Below are positions 1 through 13,958 of a stretch of DNA of 64,000 bases, piece after piece. The stretch lies in assembly GCF_009914755.1 (NCBI RefSeq), contig NC_060926.1. One strand, written 5' to 3'. A program made the translations under genes and the position numbers. Position 1 is the first letter of the stretch, and each line of letters starts with the position of its first letter. This stretch comes from the human T2T-CHM13v2.0 reference genome, Homo sapiens. The notes under the pieces are model-generated. The model was not told where the DNA came from, made no database searches, and saw only the letters and a program-made list of their open reading frames with translations.

Positions 1-50
1 GCTTGCGCAGCAGTAAATGTTAGAAATGGCTGTTGTGGTTAGTGGGAGAG

Positions 51-427
51 TATATTAGTCTGTTCTCACACTGCTAATAAAGACATACCCAAGCCTGGGT
101 AATTTATAAAGGAAAGAGGTGTAATTGATTCACAACTCTGCAGGGCTGGGGAGGCCTCAGGAAACTTACAATCATAGTGGAAAGGGAAGCAAGCACATCC
201 CTGTTCACATGATGGCAGAAAGGGGAAGTGCTGAGCAAAGAGGGAAAAGCCCCTTATAAAACCATCAGATCTCGTGAGAACTCACTCACTATCATGAGGA
301 CAGCATGAGGGTAACAGCCCCTCCCTGATTAAATTACCTCCCACTGGGTCCCTCCCACAACACATGGGGGTTATGGGAACTACAATTCAAAATGAGATTT
401 GGGTGGGGACACAGCCAAACCATATCA
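51..427 (-). mobile_element. THE1-type MaLR solo LTR
   Basis: tatattagtctgttctcacactgct...ggggacacagccaaaccatatca; 5-bp TSD gagag (46-50, 428-432). Confidence 0.9.
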
Positions 428-2559
428 GAGAGGTAGCTGATTAGGAGCAAAGGGAAAATGGGTGGGTAGCATGGAGAGACCATGAGTGTTAGTGGCACCT
501 GCAGTAAGGGATGCTTCCTGCTATGAGCCTGTCACATGTCTTATTCTCTGATCTATCACGAAGGGTTAAGGAGAGACATGGTCTATCTTTCAGTTGTCCT
601 CAATCCTGAAGAATTATTCTAGTAAGTCTCTGTGCTAGGCTTGCAGAACAAGGTTCATGGTCTCTAGGGGCATCTAGCCAAAAGAAGTGGGGAGACAAGA
701 ACATAAAATAAGGAACTTGATCAGCCTGGGCAATAAGTGGTGGTGGTGGGGAGGCAACTTCTTGCTACAGTAACCAGGGAACTCATGGGCGGGTGGCTTT
801 TGCACTGGAATCCAAGGGATGGGCATAATTTTGGAAGGTAGAATGTTTTCCTGGTTGGAGGGAGGTGGGTGAGCAAAGGGATATGATATGGAAGCACCAA
901 CAGGTGTGTAGACCAGGCCAGCAGGAGAGGAGGGCATGGGTGAGATGGGTGAGATGGAAGGGGCTGGGGCAGCAGGGAGGGTCCTGAACACCAGGGATCA
1001 ACTGTTCATGAGCAACTATATAATTTCTTGGAGAAAGCTTGTGAAATGACCAGGTGCTGTTTTAGGAAGGTGAATCTGGCATAATTTCTAGGAAGGAGAG
1101 GAAAGGATAACCTGGGGGTAGAGAGAAGGCTCCTGTGTCACAGATCTCTTAAAGAGTGGCTAATGAGTGGCAAAACAATGAGATTAAACAATCCATGTGA
1201 TTATGCATTTACACTTCTAATTTTAAATCCAGCACCCTAATTAAGCATAAATTATTTTGCCATTCAAATGTATTCTGGTTCGAAGCTCCCTCTCTGTTGG
1301 TGGTGAGAAGGAGGAGGGTGGAGGGGAAGTAACCACAAGTCAACAATCAGAATCATCTGTCGTTTCTACTGAAGAGTTCCGAAGGCCATGCAGCCGTTCC
1401 TAGGTTTCTTGCCTTCTAAATGGTAAAGAAAATAGCAAGCTGGCCGCTTGCCATCCTGACCTGGCTGTGCCTTCTTTGAGAGGTGGCCATTGCTGGAGGT
1501 GGGTTGTGTCCTTTGGCTGTGACTGATTCTTCATGTAGCCCGCCCAAGTCCCTGCCCTGTGAAGGACGGCTGGAGTAGAGCATGGGAGAGTCCAGTTGCC
1601 CCCATGTCTAGAATCAATTAGAAGCCCAGTTATCACCAAGAAGAGCTTCCAGGCACCAAACAAATTTACACAGGATGCCAGACATTCCCTCTGTGACAGC
1701 CGAGGAAGGGGATGTCCGAGCCCAGCTGGGCAGGGAAATGCAGCCCATTCCAATCCCCTGTCAGTGGCGCAGATGGCTTGAGGGGAAAGCTGGGTAGGAT
1801 GGAGGGAGGGAACCCAGGTAGGAGGGGAGGGGATGCTGGTTTCACTCGGATCTGCAGGACCAGCCTGCATGTTTGGGAACCTGTGCTTCTGCAGAGCTGC
1901 TGCTCTCCCTCTGGCAGATGAGCTGCGAGCCTCATTTGTCCTGCAGTGGTAATCCCCTTCCCTCACCTGTTCCACCAGTGGGACAAAGCCACTATTGGGG
2001 TGGGGGAAATATGTGCTCAGGAGGAAGAGGGGCTCACTCTCCTGGTACCTTCCAGACTGCCTGGGGTTGTAGGGAGTTGGGTCACCCACTGCTGAGGGTA
2101 GCGCTCCCTGAGTGGCCCACTACTCCTGAGTTTGGGACCCCTCAAGTGTGGACGTTGGGGCAAAATAGAGAGTTATCAAGTGTGTGCTTAATGTCTTTTC
2201 AGTTCCAGACTCTGTAAGAGGGCACAGGATAGAAACATTAAAACCACATAATCCCTCTTGCTGAGGCTTTATAATATGACTGACAGCCAGTCCTAAGTCT
2301 AGAGAACATTTTAATGCATGATGTCAAAGGCAAGGATGGTAGACATGATATGTAAGTGATGGAGGAGTTCATAAGAAAAAAAAGATGATTGTGAGTTTGG
2401 AATGTATTCTGAGGACTTCGTGGAAGGGGTGACATTGAACCTGCTCGAGAGTGGTGTATGAGGCAGACGGGGGGCTTCCTAGGGAGGCAAAAGCCCGGCA
2501 GAAGCAGGGGAAGGGTGAAGAGGGGGCTGAGCACACACTGGTTAATTCAGGAACTCAGT

Positions 2560-3700
2560 TAGTAATCCCCTGTTCCAGGCACCAGGGTCACAGGAGTGAA
2601 CAAGAGAAAAGGTCCCCATGCTCCAATGGGCGACAGTGAACAAATAAACACCTTGGAGGCCACAAAGTGCCTTGAAGGAAAATAAAGATGAGGAGCACTA
2701 GGGGTGAAGGGTGGCTGCTTTTTGATGTGGCGTGATCTGGACGCCTCCTTGGATAAGGCGACATCTGAGCAAACACCAAGGGAAGAGAGGAAGGAGCCAT
2801 GCAGATACTGAGGGGTGGGTGGAAGAGTGTTCCAGGACAAGGGGACAGCAGGTGCAAAGACCCCTGGGCAAGGAAAGTGCTAGCTGTGTTTGAGGAACAG
2901 CCAGGAGTTTCACTGGGCTGGAGGGCAGTGAGATGAAGGGTGGCTAAGTCACGGAGGGGCTTAAAGGTCATTATGAGGAGGTTGGCTTTTCTGCTGGGGG
3001 AGGTGGGAGGCTACTGGAGGTCTGGAGCAGAGGACACTCACCTGCCTTGGTTGCTGAAAGGATCTGAGGGTGGACTACAGGGGGCAGGGGTGGGACCAGG
3101 GAGACACTTAGGGAGCTACTGCAACAGTTCAGGTGAGAGTTGGTGGCTTGGACCAGGGCAGTAGCAGTGGATGGCATAAGAGGAATTTGGAAACTGAAAA
3201 TATTTTAAAGATAGAGGAGTCAGGATTTCCTGATGGATCAGATGTGGATGTGAGAGGAGGAGGAGCCCAGGGTGACTCTAGGCTTTTGGGCTGAGCCACC
3301 AGAGCTTGGAGTGTCCATGACTGGGGTGGGGAAGGCTTGGGGGGAAACAGGCATCAGTGGGTAAACCCAGGGCATCAAATTTGGACTTTTAAAGTTGGAG
3401 TTCATCATTATATATCCAAGGCAGGGGTTGAGTAGGCAGTTGGAAACACTCCACTATTTTTAGTTTGAGGAAAAGGTCCAGCTGGAAGACAGAAATTTGG
3501 GAGCCATCAGCATTTAGATGGCATTTGAGACCTTTTGGTGAGATGATGCTATACAGAGGGTGACTGTGGATAGAGAAGAGACAAAGCCAAGGATGAGGCA
3601 CCTGGGACAAGAAGACAAGGGGTGACTAGTGAGAAAGAAATAGGGAGGCAGGTTGGCTGCCATGGACACAGCCTTGGGGAGTGCCGGGAAAGAGGAGGTG
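2560..3700 (-). mobile_element. L2 LINE 3' fragment (old; boundaries approximate)
   Basis: Typical L2 antisense text (aagagtgttccagg...tgcaaagaccc...tttgaggaacagc; ttgggagccatcagcatttagatgg). Confidence 0.7.
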
Positions 3701-3970
3701 TGGGCTGACGGAGAGCCATGAGCCACAGTGGGGCATTATCCCTTGATCTGGTTGCATTAGGGTCTTTGCAGCACTTCCTTGCCTGGAAGCTATCCTACTG
3801 AACACACTGGTCTACACTAGTTGCCAAATCACCACTGGAAGGGATCACAAAAATGCAGTGAGCAAACTCGGGTTTCCATAGGATGATTTGCACAAAACCA
3901 GAGAAAGTACATGGGTCACCTTGCACAAAAGGAAACATTGCAAAGTATTTTTTTTTTTTTTAAACTTTAT

Positions 3971-4190
3971 GGCCAGGCACGGTGGCTCATGCCTGTAATC
4001 CCAGCACTTTGGGCGGCTTAAATTAGCTGGGTGTGGTGGGGGCACCTGTAATCCCAGATACTTGGGAGGCTGAGGCAGGAGAGTCGCTTGTACCCAGGGG
4101 GCAGAGGTTGCAGTGAGCCTAGATAGCGCCACTGCACTCCAACCTGGGCAACAGAGTGAGACTCCATCTCAAAAAAATAAAAAATAAAAA
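3971..4190 (+). mobile_element. Alu with internal deletion in the left arm
   Basis: ggccaggcacggtggctca...ctttgggcggc jumps to aaattagctggg; A tail; TSD aactttat. Confidence 0.92.
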
Positions 4191-5660
4191 ACCCACAACT
4201 TTATTGAGCTATAATTGACATGCAATAAAATTCCCTCATTTAAGTGTAAGGTTAGAGTTTTGACAAATGCATGTTGTCATGTACCCACCGTCACAATTGA
4301 TATATAGGATGTTTTCATTACCTCAAAAACCCAAGTAGGAATTAAAAAATATTCTTCCCCCACTCTGACCCACTGCTGTGGTCTATTTTTGTGCAATGTG
4401 TTGGCATCTTGCTTGGTGCAGTGTAAACATCATAGAACCTGAGGCCAGCCGGCTGCCGAAGACTGAGTGTAGCAGTCAGCATTCGCAAAAATTCTGAATC
4501 TAAATAGTGCAGAAATAAAGGACTTATTTTATCATCTAAATCTTAAATGGATTAACTTACTTCCCGAGTAGGAGTCTGGTTCAGGAAACCTCCCTGAATG
4601 TAACGTTGAGAGACAGTTTTTATGAAAGGACATGTTTATCCCCATTGGACTAAGTATCTTTCAGACCAATACAGTTAATGGAATCTTGGTTTGAGCTCGG
4701 CCACAGATTACTGGCTGCTCGGGTCCTGGGCTCCATTTTGACAGGGCTCAACTCCCTAACCACTAGGAGACACGACATGGAACCTCCCTGACCACTAGGA
4801 GACACGACATGGAACTCTTTCCTGGGATGAAGGACAGATCACATCTAGGGCTTCCAAACTGGCACAGGCCACACGAGAAAGCTGGGTGAGGCTCTCTTCA
4901 GGAGGCCGAGAGATCCACTCACAGCTCTTCTGCTTGTGCCTTGCCAGACTCAGAGCAGCAGGGGAGAGAGGAACTATTTTGATGGGAGAGATGTCCTCCC
5001 ACCACTGGCCACTCACAGAAGTGACCAGAAGCCTGTCCCCAGGGGCTCTCTCTCCGTGGTAGGCCCTGGAATGTGGCTGATGAGCCCAGGCCAGGTGAGT
5101 CTGGGGCAGCAGCCCCCAGGTGTCTCTCCTGGGGCCAACCGCTTACCTCCCAGCCTCTGCTCACACCTGCTCAGAACCCGCAGAGCTAAGGCCTTGGGAG
5201 AAGAGGCCTTGCAGGTGGTGACAGGGCACACCCATCAGGATGCTGTAGAGGGGGAGTGGGGTTAGCTGTAAGAGTTGGATTCACAAAGATCTGGGATTTA
5301 AATCAATCAGCTTGAAGTTGGGCAAAACCCCCTTGCCACTGGAGTCTTTGGAACTTGCCTGGGTTAACATCCCTCACCAGCCACGTGCCATGGGGTGTTA
5401 CCTGACATCCCTGTGCCTCAGTAGTCTCCTCCATCAAATGAGGGGAACGTAACACTCTCACGTGCGTTAACACATGAACGGTGCTGGCTCATGGCAAGGA
5501 CTCGGTCAATGCTCTCTTTATATGAATGTTGTTTAGTGAGGCGTGAATGTGACACTGTACACATTGGTGTGTACAGCAGTTCAGCCAGGACTCTGTGGCC
5601 GTGGGTGTAACCTTTGTGAGGACAGGAGTTTCTTCTTCCTGGGGGAGGAAAATGGATCTA

Positions 5661-6073
<413 letters not shown>

Positions 6074-6675
6074 CTACAAGAGCAACCTCATCGGGGCCTA
6101 GATGTGTGATAAATGGAGCACTGAACGCCCAAGGTTGGTGTAGGGCCATGGACAGCGTCCTGGGTCTATCCCTTCCTGCCCTGATAAGTGGTCTCCGTTT
6201 CTCCATATGGACTATGATGAGCTTGGATGAAATTATCTCTGGGGTCCATTCTAGCTCCGAAGCCCTTGATCTCTTAAGAGTTAGTGCTTACACTCTCCCA
6301 AGGCAGCGTCCACTGGGTTTGGTAGAGATAAAAATGTGAACAAGTATCTGTGTAATACCAACAAGACCTCAATTTCCCTTAAATTCCTGCTCCAAAGCCA
6401 GTTTTTTTTCCCCCGCAGCTCCGAAGGGCAGAGGAGCATTGCCAGGTGAGCCTCATCAGGCTGGACTCAACTGCTGGCAAATTGGAAAGTATTCTTTGTT
6501 TCAGAAGGTAATGAGAATTCGTTGCCAGGTCGTTAAACTTCGCTCCTTCCTGGAGGTGTGGGGAACGAAAACAAGGCACTTTGGAGCAGACCCGGCCAGT
6601 TACTGGGAAGGCCACAGATCCACGTGTGTCCAAAGTGGACAGTCCATCTTTCTTCCTTTCTTGTTTTTCTCTCTC

Positions 6676-6940
6676 TTTTTTTTTTTTTTTTTGACACGGA
6701 GTCTTGCTCTGTCACTTCGCTGCAACCTCCATCTCCCAGGTTCAAGCGATTCTCTTGCCTCAGCCTCCGGAGTAGCTGGGATTACAGGCATGTACCATGC
6801 CCGGCTAATTTTTGTATTTTTAGTAGAAATGGGGTTTCACCATGTTGACCAGGCTTGTCTCAAACTTCTGACCTCAAGTGATCAGCCTGCCTTGGCCTCC
6901 CAAAGTGCTGGGATTACAGGTGTGAGCCACTGCTGCCGGC
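6676..6940 (-). mobile_element. Alu (AluS-like; short right-arm deletion)
   Basis: Poly-T followed by antisense Alu consensus. Confidence 0.92.
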
Positions 6941-6941
6941 A

Positions 6942-7262
<321 letters not shown>

Positions 7263-7269
7263 TCATTTT

Positions 7270-7700
7270 AGCCATTTTTAAGTTCAATGGCTTTAAGTGC
7301 ATTCACACTATTATGAAACCATCACGCCATCCATCTCCAGAACTCTTTTTTCTTCTTCTCAAACTGAAACTCTGAACCTGTTGAACAACTCGCATCCCCA
7401 CCTGCCCCCAGCCCCTGGCAATCACCATTCTGCTGTCTGTCTCTATGAATTTGACTACTTTACGTACCACATATAAGAGGAATCAAACAGTGTTTGTCAT
7501 TTTGTGACCTGTTTATTTCACTGAACATAATGTCCTCCAGGTTCATACCTGTGTGAGGATTTCCTTCCTTTGAAGGCTGAGTCGTATTTCATTGCATGTA
7601 GAAAATCACATTTTGATTACCCACTCATTGACAGTGGCCATGGGGGTCGCTTCCACTTTTGGCGAGTGTGAGTAACGCTGCTGTGAACATGGTGTCCAGG
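7270..7700 (-). mobile_element. Old L1M 3' fragment
   Basis: ccatctccagaactc...cagcccctggcaatcaccattctg...atttcactgaacataatgtcc antisense L1M text. Confidence 0.75.
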
Positions 7701-8329
7701 TGGAAAGAGCACTTCTTGTGCCTTGTTTCATCATATGTCCCTTGCCCCTGCTTGGAGGGGCTGAAATTCCTCTCCCTAGAGTTGGGACTTCTCTCAAATA
7801 CAGCAGCTCCAGTTTGCTTATTTTCTCAAATACCCGAGTGTCTTTCAAAATGCTACAGCACAGAGCAGAGAAGGGATGATTGTGGCCGGGAAAACTGTAA
7901 GCCAGATGCCCCTTAATGTCCATTTCTACCAAAATAGCATCTTAATGTGATGCACATCACACAGTGTATTAGGATTGGGACTGCGTCCTAATGGACCCTC
8001 TAGGACACATTAGCCCTATTCTCAACACACCCACCCCCCTTCAAACAGGCATAGACGGTGACCTGTGGAAGAGCATTGCACAGGAATATTCTTCTGGAGC
8101 CTTCAAAGAACCTGGCAGAAACAACCGAGGCTTCAGCTTAGGTTATTTAAATGTTCTTCTTGACAACAGTTGTTCAATAAATTCAGCTAATTCTTCTGGC
8201 CATTTCTGCAGGTCATTCCATGGAAGTTTGAGGAGGCATACCTTCTGATTTTTTTTTTCTGCCAGGGATTTGTGCTTCCTGTTCCTCTAAAAGTAGCACC
8301 ACATTTTTTAGTTAATTAAATTTAGTTAA

Positions 8330-9365
8330 AAGAAGGGAAAGGGGCAAAAGACATGAACAGACATTTCACTGAAGGGGAAGTACAGATGGCAAATATACAC
8401 ACAGAAAGATGTTCACCATCATTAGCCATCAGGGAAATGCAACTTGAGGTGACAATGAGTTATCCTGCACATCGATCAGAATGGCTAAAATAAAAAATTG
8501 CGACAACATCAAATGCTGACGAGGATGCAGAGAAACTGGCTCACTCATCCCTGGCTGGCGAGTGTGTAACATGGTGCAGTCACTCTGGAAAAACAGTTTG
8601 GTGGCATCTTGGTAAACTATATATGTAATTTCCATAGACCCAGCAATTTCACTCCTGGGCATTTATCCCAGAGAAATGAAAACTTATGTCCACCTGAAAA
8701 CCTATACATGAATATTCATAGCAACTTTATTTGTAATTATCCCAAACCAAAAATAACCCACGTGTCCTTTAATGGGTGAATGGCTAAACAAACTGTGGTG
8801 CCGACATACTGTGGGGTACTGCTCAGCAATGGAAGAGGCACACAGACATATGCAGTAACTTGGATGAATCTCATTGGCATTATGCTAGAAGAGAAAAGTC
8901 AATCCCTAAAGGTAACACACTGTCTCATTCCATTTACATGACATTCTCGAAATAGCAAAATTACAGAGTTGGGGAACAGATAGTGGTTTCCAGGGCTAAG
9001 GGATGGAGGAGGACAGGGGGGTGGGTGTTCTGGTAGGAAGGCAACAAGAAAGATTCTTCTGGCGGAAATGTTCTGTGTCCTGACCATGGTGGTGGATACA
9101 GGATCCTACACCTGATAAAATTGCATAGAACTAAGCGCACGTGTGCACACACCAATGAATACATGAAATGAAGATAATTCGAATAAGATCAGTGCTTTGT
9201 ATTTTTTGTTAATGTTCTTGTGATGTTGGATTATAAATTTTGCAAGATGTTACCATTGGGGGAAACTGGGTGAAGGGGACATGGGATCTCTCATCTCTCT
9301 TGTATTATTTATTACAACTGCATGTGAATCTACGGTTATCTAAAAACGAAAGGTTTAATTGAAAA
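8330..9365 (+). mobile_element. L1MC/L1MB-type 3' fragment
   Basis: gacatgaacagacatttcac...cccagcaatttcactcctgggcatttatcccagagaaatgaaaac...gttaccattgggggaaactgg. Confidence 0.85.
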
Positions 9366-9484
9366 ACAAGGGAAGGAGCTAAGCCATTAGACTCCTGTTA
9401 CTCCATTTGAGATGAAGTTTGTTTGGCCAGAGGGCAGCACCCACCCATCCTGATTCTCAAGGCGTCCATGAAATCGCTAAAGAA

Positions 9485-9850
<366 letters not shown>

Positions 9851-10218
9851 CATGATACTTGCTACCATCCTCTTAACTACCCCTCCCTTTCAGGTCTCCA
9901 TTTACAAGTGACATGGGCCAAATTAGATGGGGCATTCTGGCATTCAATTTTTTTCGTTTTTTCACCAAGGGCTGCCATTTAAAAACTGCCAGGGTCATGC
10001 TCCCTACCCTTATTTAGTTGGAGATAGCAAAGCAATCTGGAGCAGAGATTTTTGGTCTTGAGAAGCCCCTCTCAGTTATGTACATACGAGGTCAGGGGGC
10101 AAAGGGAACTCCGTCTCTAGATCAGAGAGCCTGGAACACACAGGTGGATTTTATCAGAGATTTTCTGATGGATTGAGGGGGTGCTGACACCTGCTGATGG
10201 GAAATGACAGAAGCCTCT

Positions 10219-10657
10219 TGTAGTGGGCTGAATGATGGCCCCCAGAAGATATGCCCCCTGGAAACACGAATGTGATCTCATTTGGAATGATGGTCTTTAC
10301 AGATGCTGTTATGGGGAGGATCTTGAGATGAGACCATCTTGGTTTATCTGGGTGGATCCTAAATCCAGTGACAAGTGTCCTTGGAAGAGAAGGGGAGCGA
10401 CATAGGAAGGTCATGTGGTCACAGAGGCAGAGGCTGGAGTGAGCCAAGACACTAGCCAGGGAGCACCCAGCATTGCTGGAAGCTGCTCAGCTGGAGAGAA
10501 GCATGGGCCAGATCCTCCATCACAGCCTCCCAGAGAAGTTGCCCCCACCCATGCCTTGATTTCAGACTTCTGGGCTGAAGAACTGGGAGAGAATAGAGTT
10601 CTGTTGTTGGAAGCCATTCAGTTTGTGGTGCTTTCTGCCAGCAGCCCCGGGAAACCT
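10219..10657 (+). mobile_element. MLT1 (MaLR) solo LTR
   Basis: tgtagtgggctgaatgatggccccc...ccttgatttcagacttctgg...gagaatagagttctgttg. Confidence 0.85.
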
Positions 10658-11133
10658 CCATTTTCCTCCAGCTGGCTTCCCGGCCTGGAAGGGGCAGCCT
10701 GAACCGGAGGCCCAGGCTCAATGCCAGGCTCTAAGTGGAGTTTGGGACCCACTGGCTTTCGTGTGGGCCCCCCTCAGGGAGGGGCTGAGCCTGAGAGTCG
10801 GGGGTCAAGGCCTGGCACCTGGAACCTGAGCAGGACTCACCTTGACAGAGCGGGGCCCCGAAAGAGTAGACCCTTCTCTCCTTGGAAAAGAACTGCTGCA
10901 GATAGGCAGGAGGCTGGACAGACGAGGGCCCAGCTGTGGAGACAAAGGCCAGCGCTGTGGGAAAAGTTCTGGCTGAATGCAGGGCTGCCTAAATGGCATA
11001 TGACCTTGCCCTCCTATCAGTGAAAACAATGTGTGTGTGCACGGCACCATATGCACACTTGTTCACTTGTTTATGCGGGGTATAGATGGACTGTGGTTGA
11101 TGCATGTAGTTGGTGTTTAAAAACTTCACTTCT

Positions 11134-11589
<456 letters not shown>

Positions 11590-11620
11590 TTAGCTCCAGT
11601 TTTTATCAGCATAGGAGAGG

Positions 11621-12045
11621 TGATATAGGCTGGATATTTGTCCCTGCCCAAATCTCACATTGAATTGTAATCTCTGGTATTGGAGGTGGGGCCTGGTGGG
11701 AGGTGGCTGCATCATGGGGGTGAGTTTCTCATGAATGGTTTAGTACCAGCTCCTTGGTACTGTCCTCGAGACTGTGAGTGAGTTCTTGTGAGATCTGGTT
11801 GTTTAAATGTTGTTTATACATCTCTCCTACTTCTTCTCTTTGCTCTTCTCCTGCCATGTGAGGCACCTGTTCCCCTTTCGCCTCCGCCATCATTGGAAGC
11901 TCCCTGAGGCCTCCCCAGAAGCAGATGCCAGTGCCATGCTTCCTGTACGGCCTGCAGAACCGTGAGCCAAGTAAACCTCTTTTCTTATAAATTACCCAGT
12001 CTCGGGTATTTCTTTATAGCAATGCAAGAACATGTTCATATGACA
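11621..12045 (+). mobile_element. MST (MaLR) solo LTR
   Basis: tgatataggctggatatttgtccc...ataaattacccagtctcgggtatttctttatagcaatgcaagaa. Confidence 0.88.
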
Positions 12046-12254
12046 GATGTCACTGGTGGGAGGTGAGTGGCTTCTGAAAGATGCACAGACTCAGCCTTCA
12101 AACACATCGGCTCCCCTGGTGAGGAAATCAGTTGCCCATTTTCCACTGTTTTTAACAATAAGAGATGAGGACTCCTTTGGAGTGAGAGCCTTTGCAGACC
12201 ATCATATCTTGCTAGAATTTTGTATTTTTTTGTTTTCATTTTGTTAGTATAGTT

Positions 12255-12600
12255 CCTTCCTTCCTTCCGTCCGTCCGTCCTTCCTTCCTTCCTTCCTTCC
12301 TTCCTTCCTTCCTTCCTTCCTTCCTCTTTCTCTCTCTCTCATCCAAGCTGCAGGGTAATGACATGATCTCTGTTCACTGCAACTTCTGCCTCCCGGGTTC
12401 AAGCAATTCTCCTGCCTCAGCCTCCCAAATAGCTGGGATTACAGGCACATGCCGCCATCCTGGCTAATTTTTGTATTTTTAGTAGAGACCAGGTTTCACC
12501 ATGTTGGCTAGGCTGGTTTCGAACTCTTGACCTCAGGTGATCCACCCACCTCAGCCTCCCAAAGTGCTGGGATTACAGGAGGGAGCCACCGCGCCCGGCC
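12255..12600 (-). mobile_element. Alu whose tail region is a (TTCC)n/(TC)n microsatellite
   Basis: Antisense Alu 12342-12600; TSD agtatagtt (12246-12254, 12601-12609) encloses the microsatellite. Confidence 0.9.
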
Positions 12601-12650
12601 AGTATAGTTACTTTCTACTTAGATCAAGTGAGACTGGTCTTTTTGTTTAA

Positions 12651-12937
<287 letters not shown>

Positions 12938-13002
12938 GAAACTATATTAATTTGGAAAGAAAAGCAATGCAATCATATTCTCAATCAAAATTACAGCATT
13001 CA

Positions 13003-13323
<321 letters not shown>

Positions 13324-13809
13324 TTAAATATTCTTTATATATTCTAAGTCCCTTATCAGATAACATGATTTACAAATATTTTCTTCTATTCTGAGGGTTG
13401 TTTTTCCACTTTCCTTTTTTTTTTAAATGTTATTAGGTGTGTTTGTTTATATCTACTTAAAGCAACAGAAAAGCAGCAAAATAAAAATCGGTAAAGTTGT
13501 ACATTTTGAAAATTCAGATTCTTACACCTGGGATGCATCTTGGACTAGTCAGATGACTGGTTTTAGAGACTAAGCAACTGAGGTTTGGGGAGACTGAGTC
13601 TTGCCTGAGGTCTGTCCGTGCCTGTTGGTGGCAGGACTGGGCTTCACTGTTCTGTGTTTTTTATCCCCCTTCTTTCCTGCTTCTTGTTTTTGTTGCTTTG
13701 GATAAAATGTATGGTCCCTTTTATTTATTCTTAGTTTAAGGAATTATCTCTGGCTGATAACCTGTAGGGTTTTACTCAAACTGGTCAGTAGGAAGATTTT
13801 AAAAATGAT

Positions 13810-13958
13810 TTTCTTTCTTTTTTTCTTTAAGACAGAGTCTTGCTCTGTCTCAGGCTGGAGTGTAGTCATGTGACCATAACTCATTGCAGCCTCGAACTCC
13901 TGGCCTCAAGTAAGCCTCCCAACGTCTGGGAATATCGCATGAGCCACCCCATCTGGCC
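13810..13958 (-). mobile_element. Degenerate Alu monomer/FLAM-like fragment
   Basis: gacagagtcttgctctgtc.caggctggagtgtag...gagccacc. Confidence 0.75.

Noticed and set aside
1400-2089. 229-aa minus-strand ORF
   Set aside because: GTG start, no recognisable domain, and Pro/Ser/Gly/Trp-rich composition typical of GC-rich non-coding DNA.
9424-9440. CTCF-like tggccagagggcagcac (and similar at about 42241)
   Set aside because: Only a partial core match; too weak without data.
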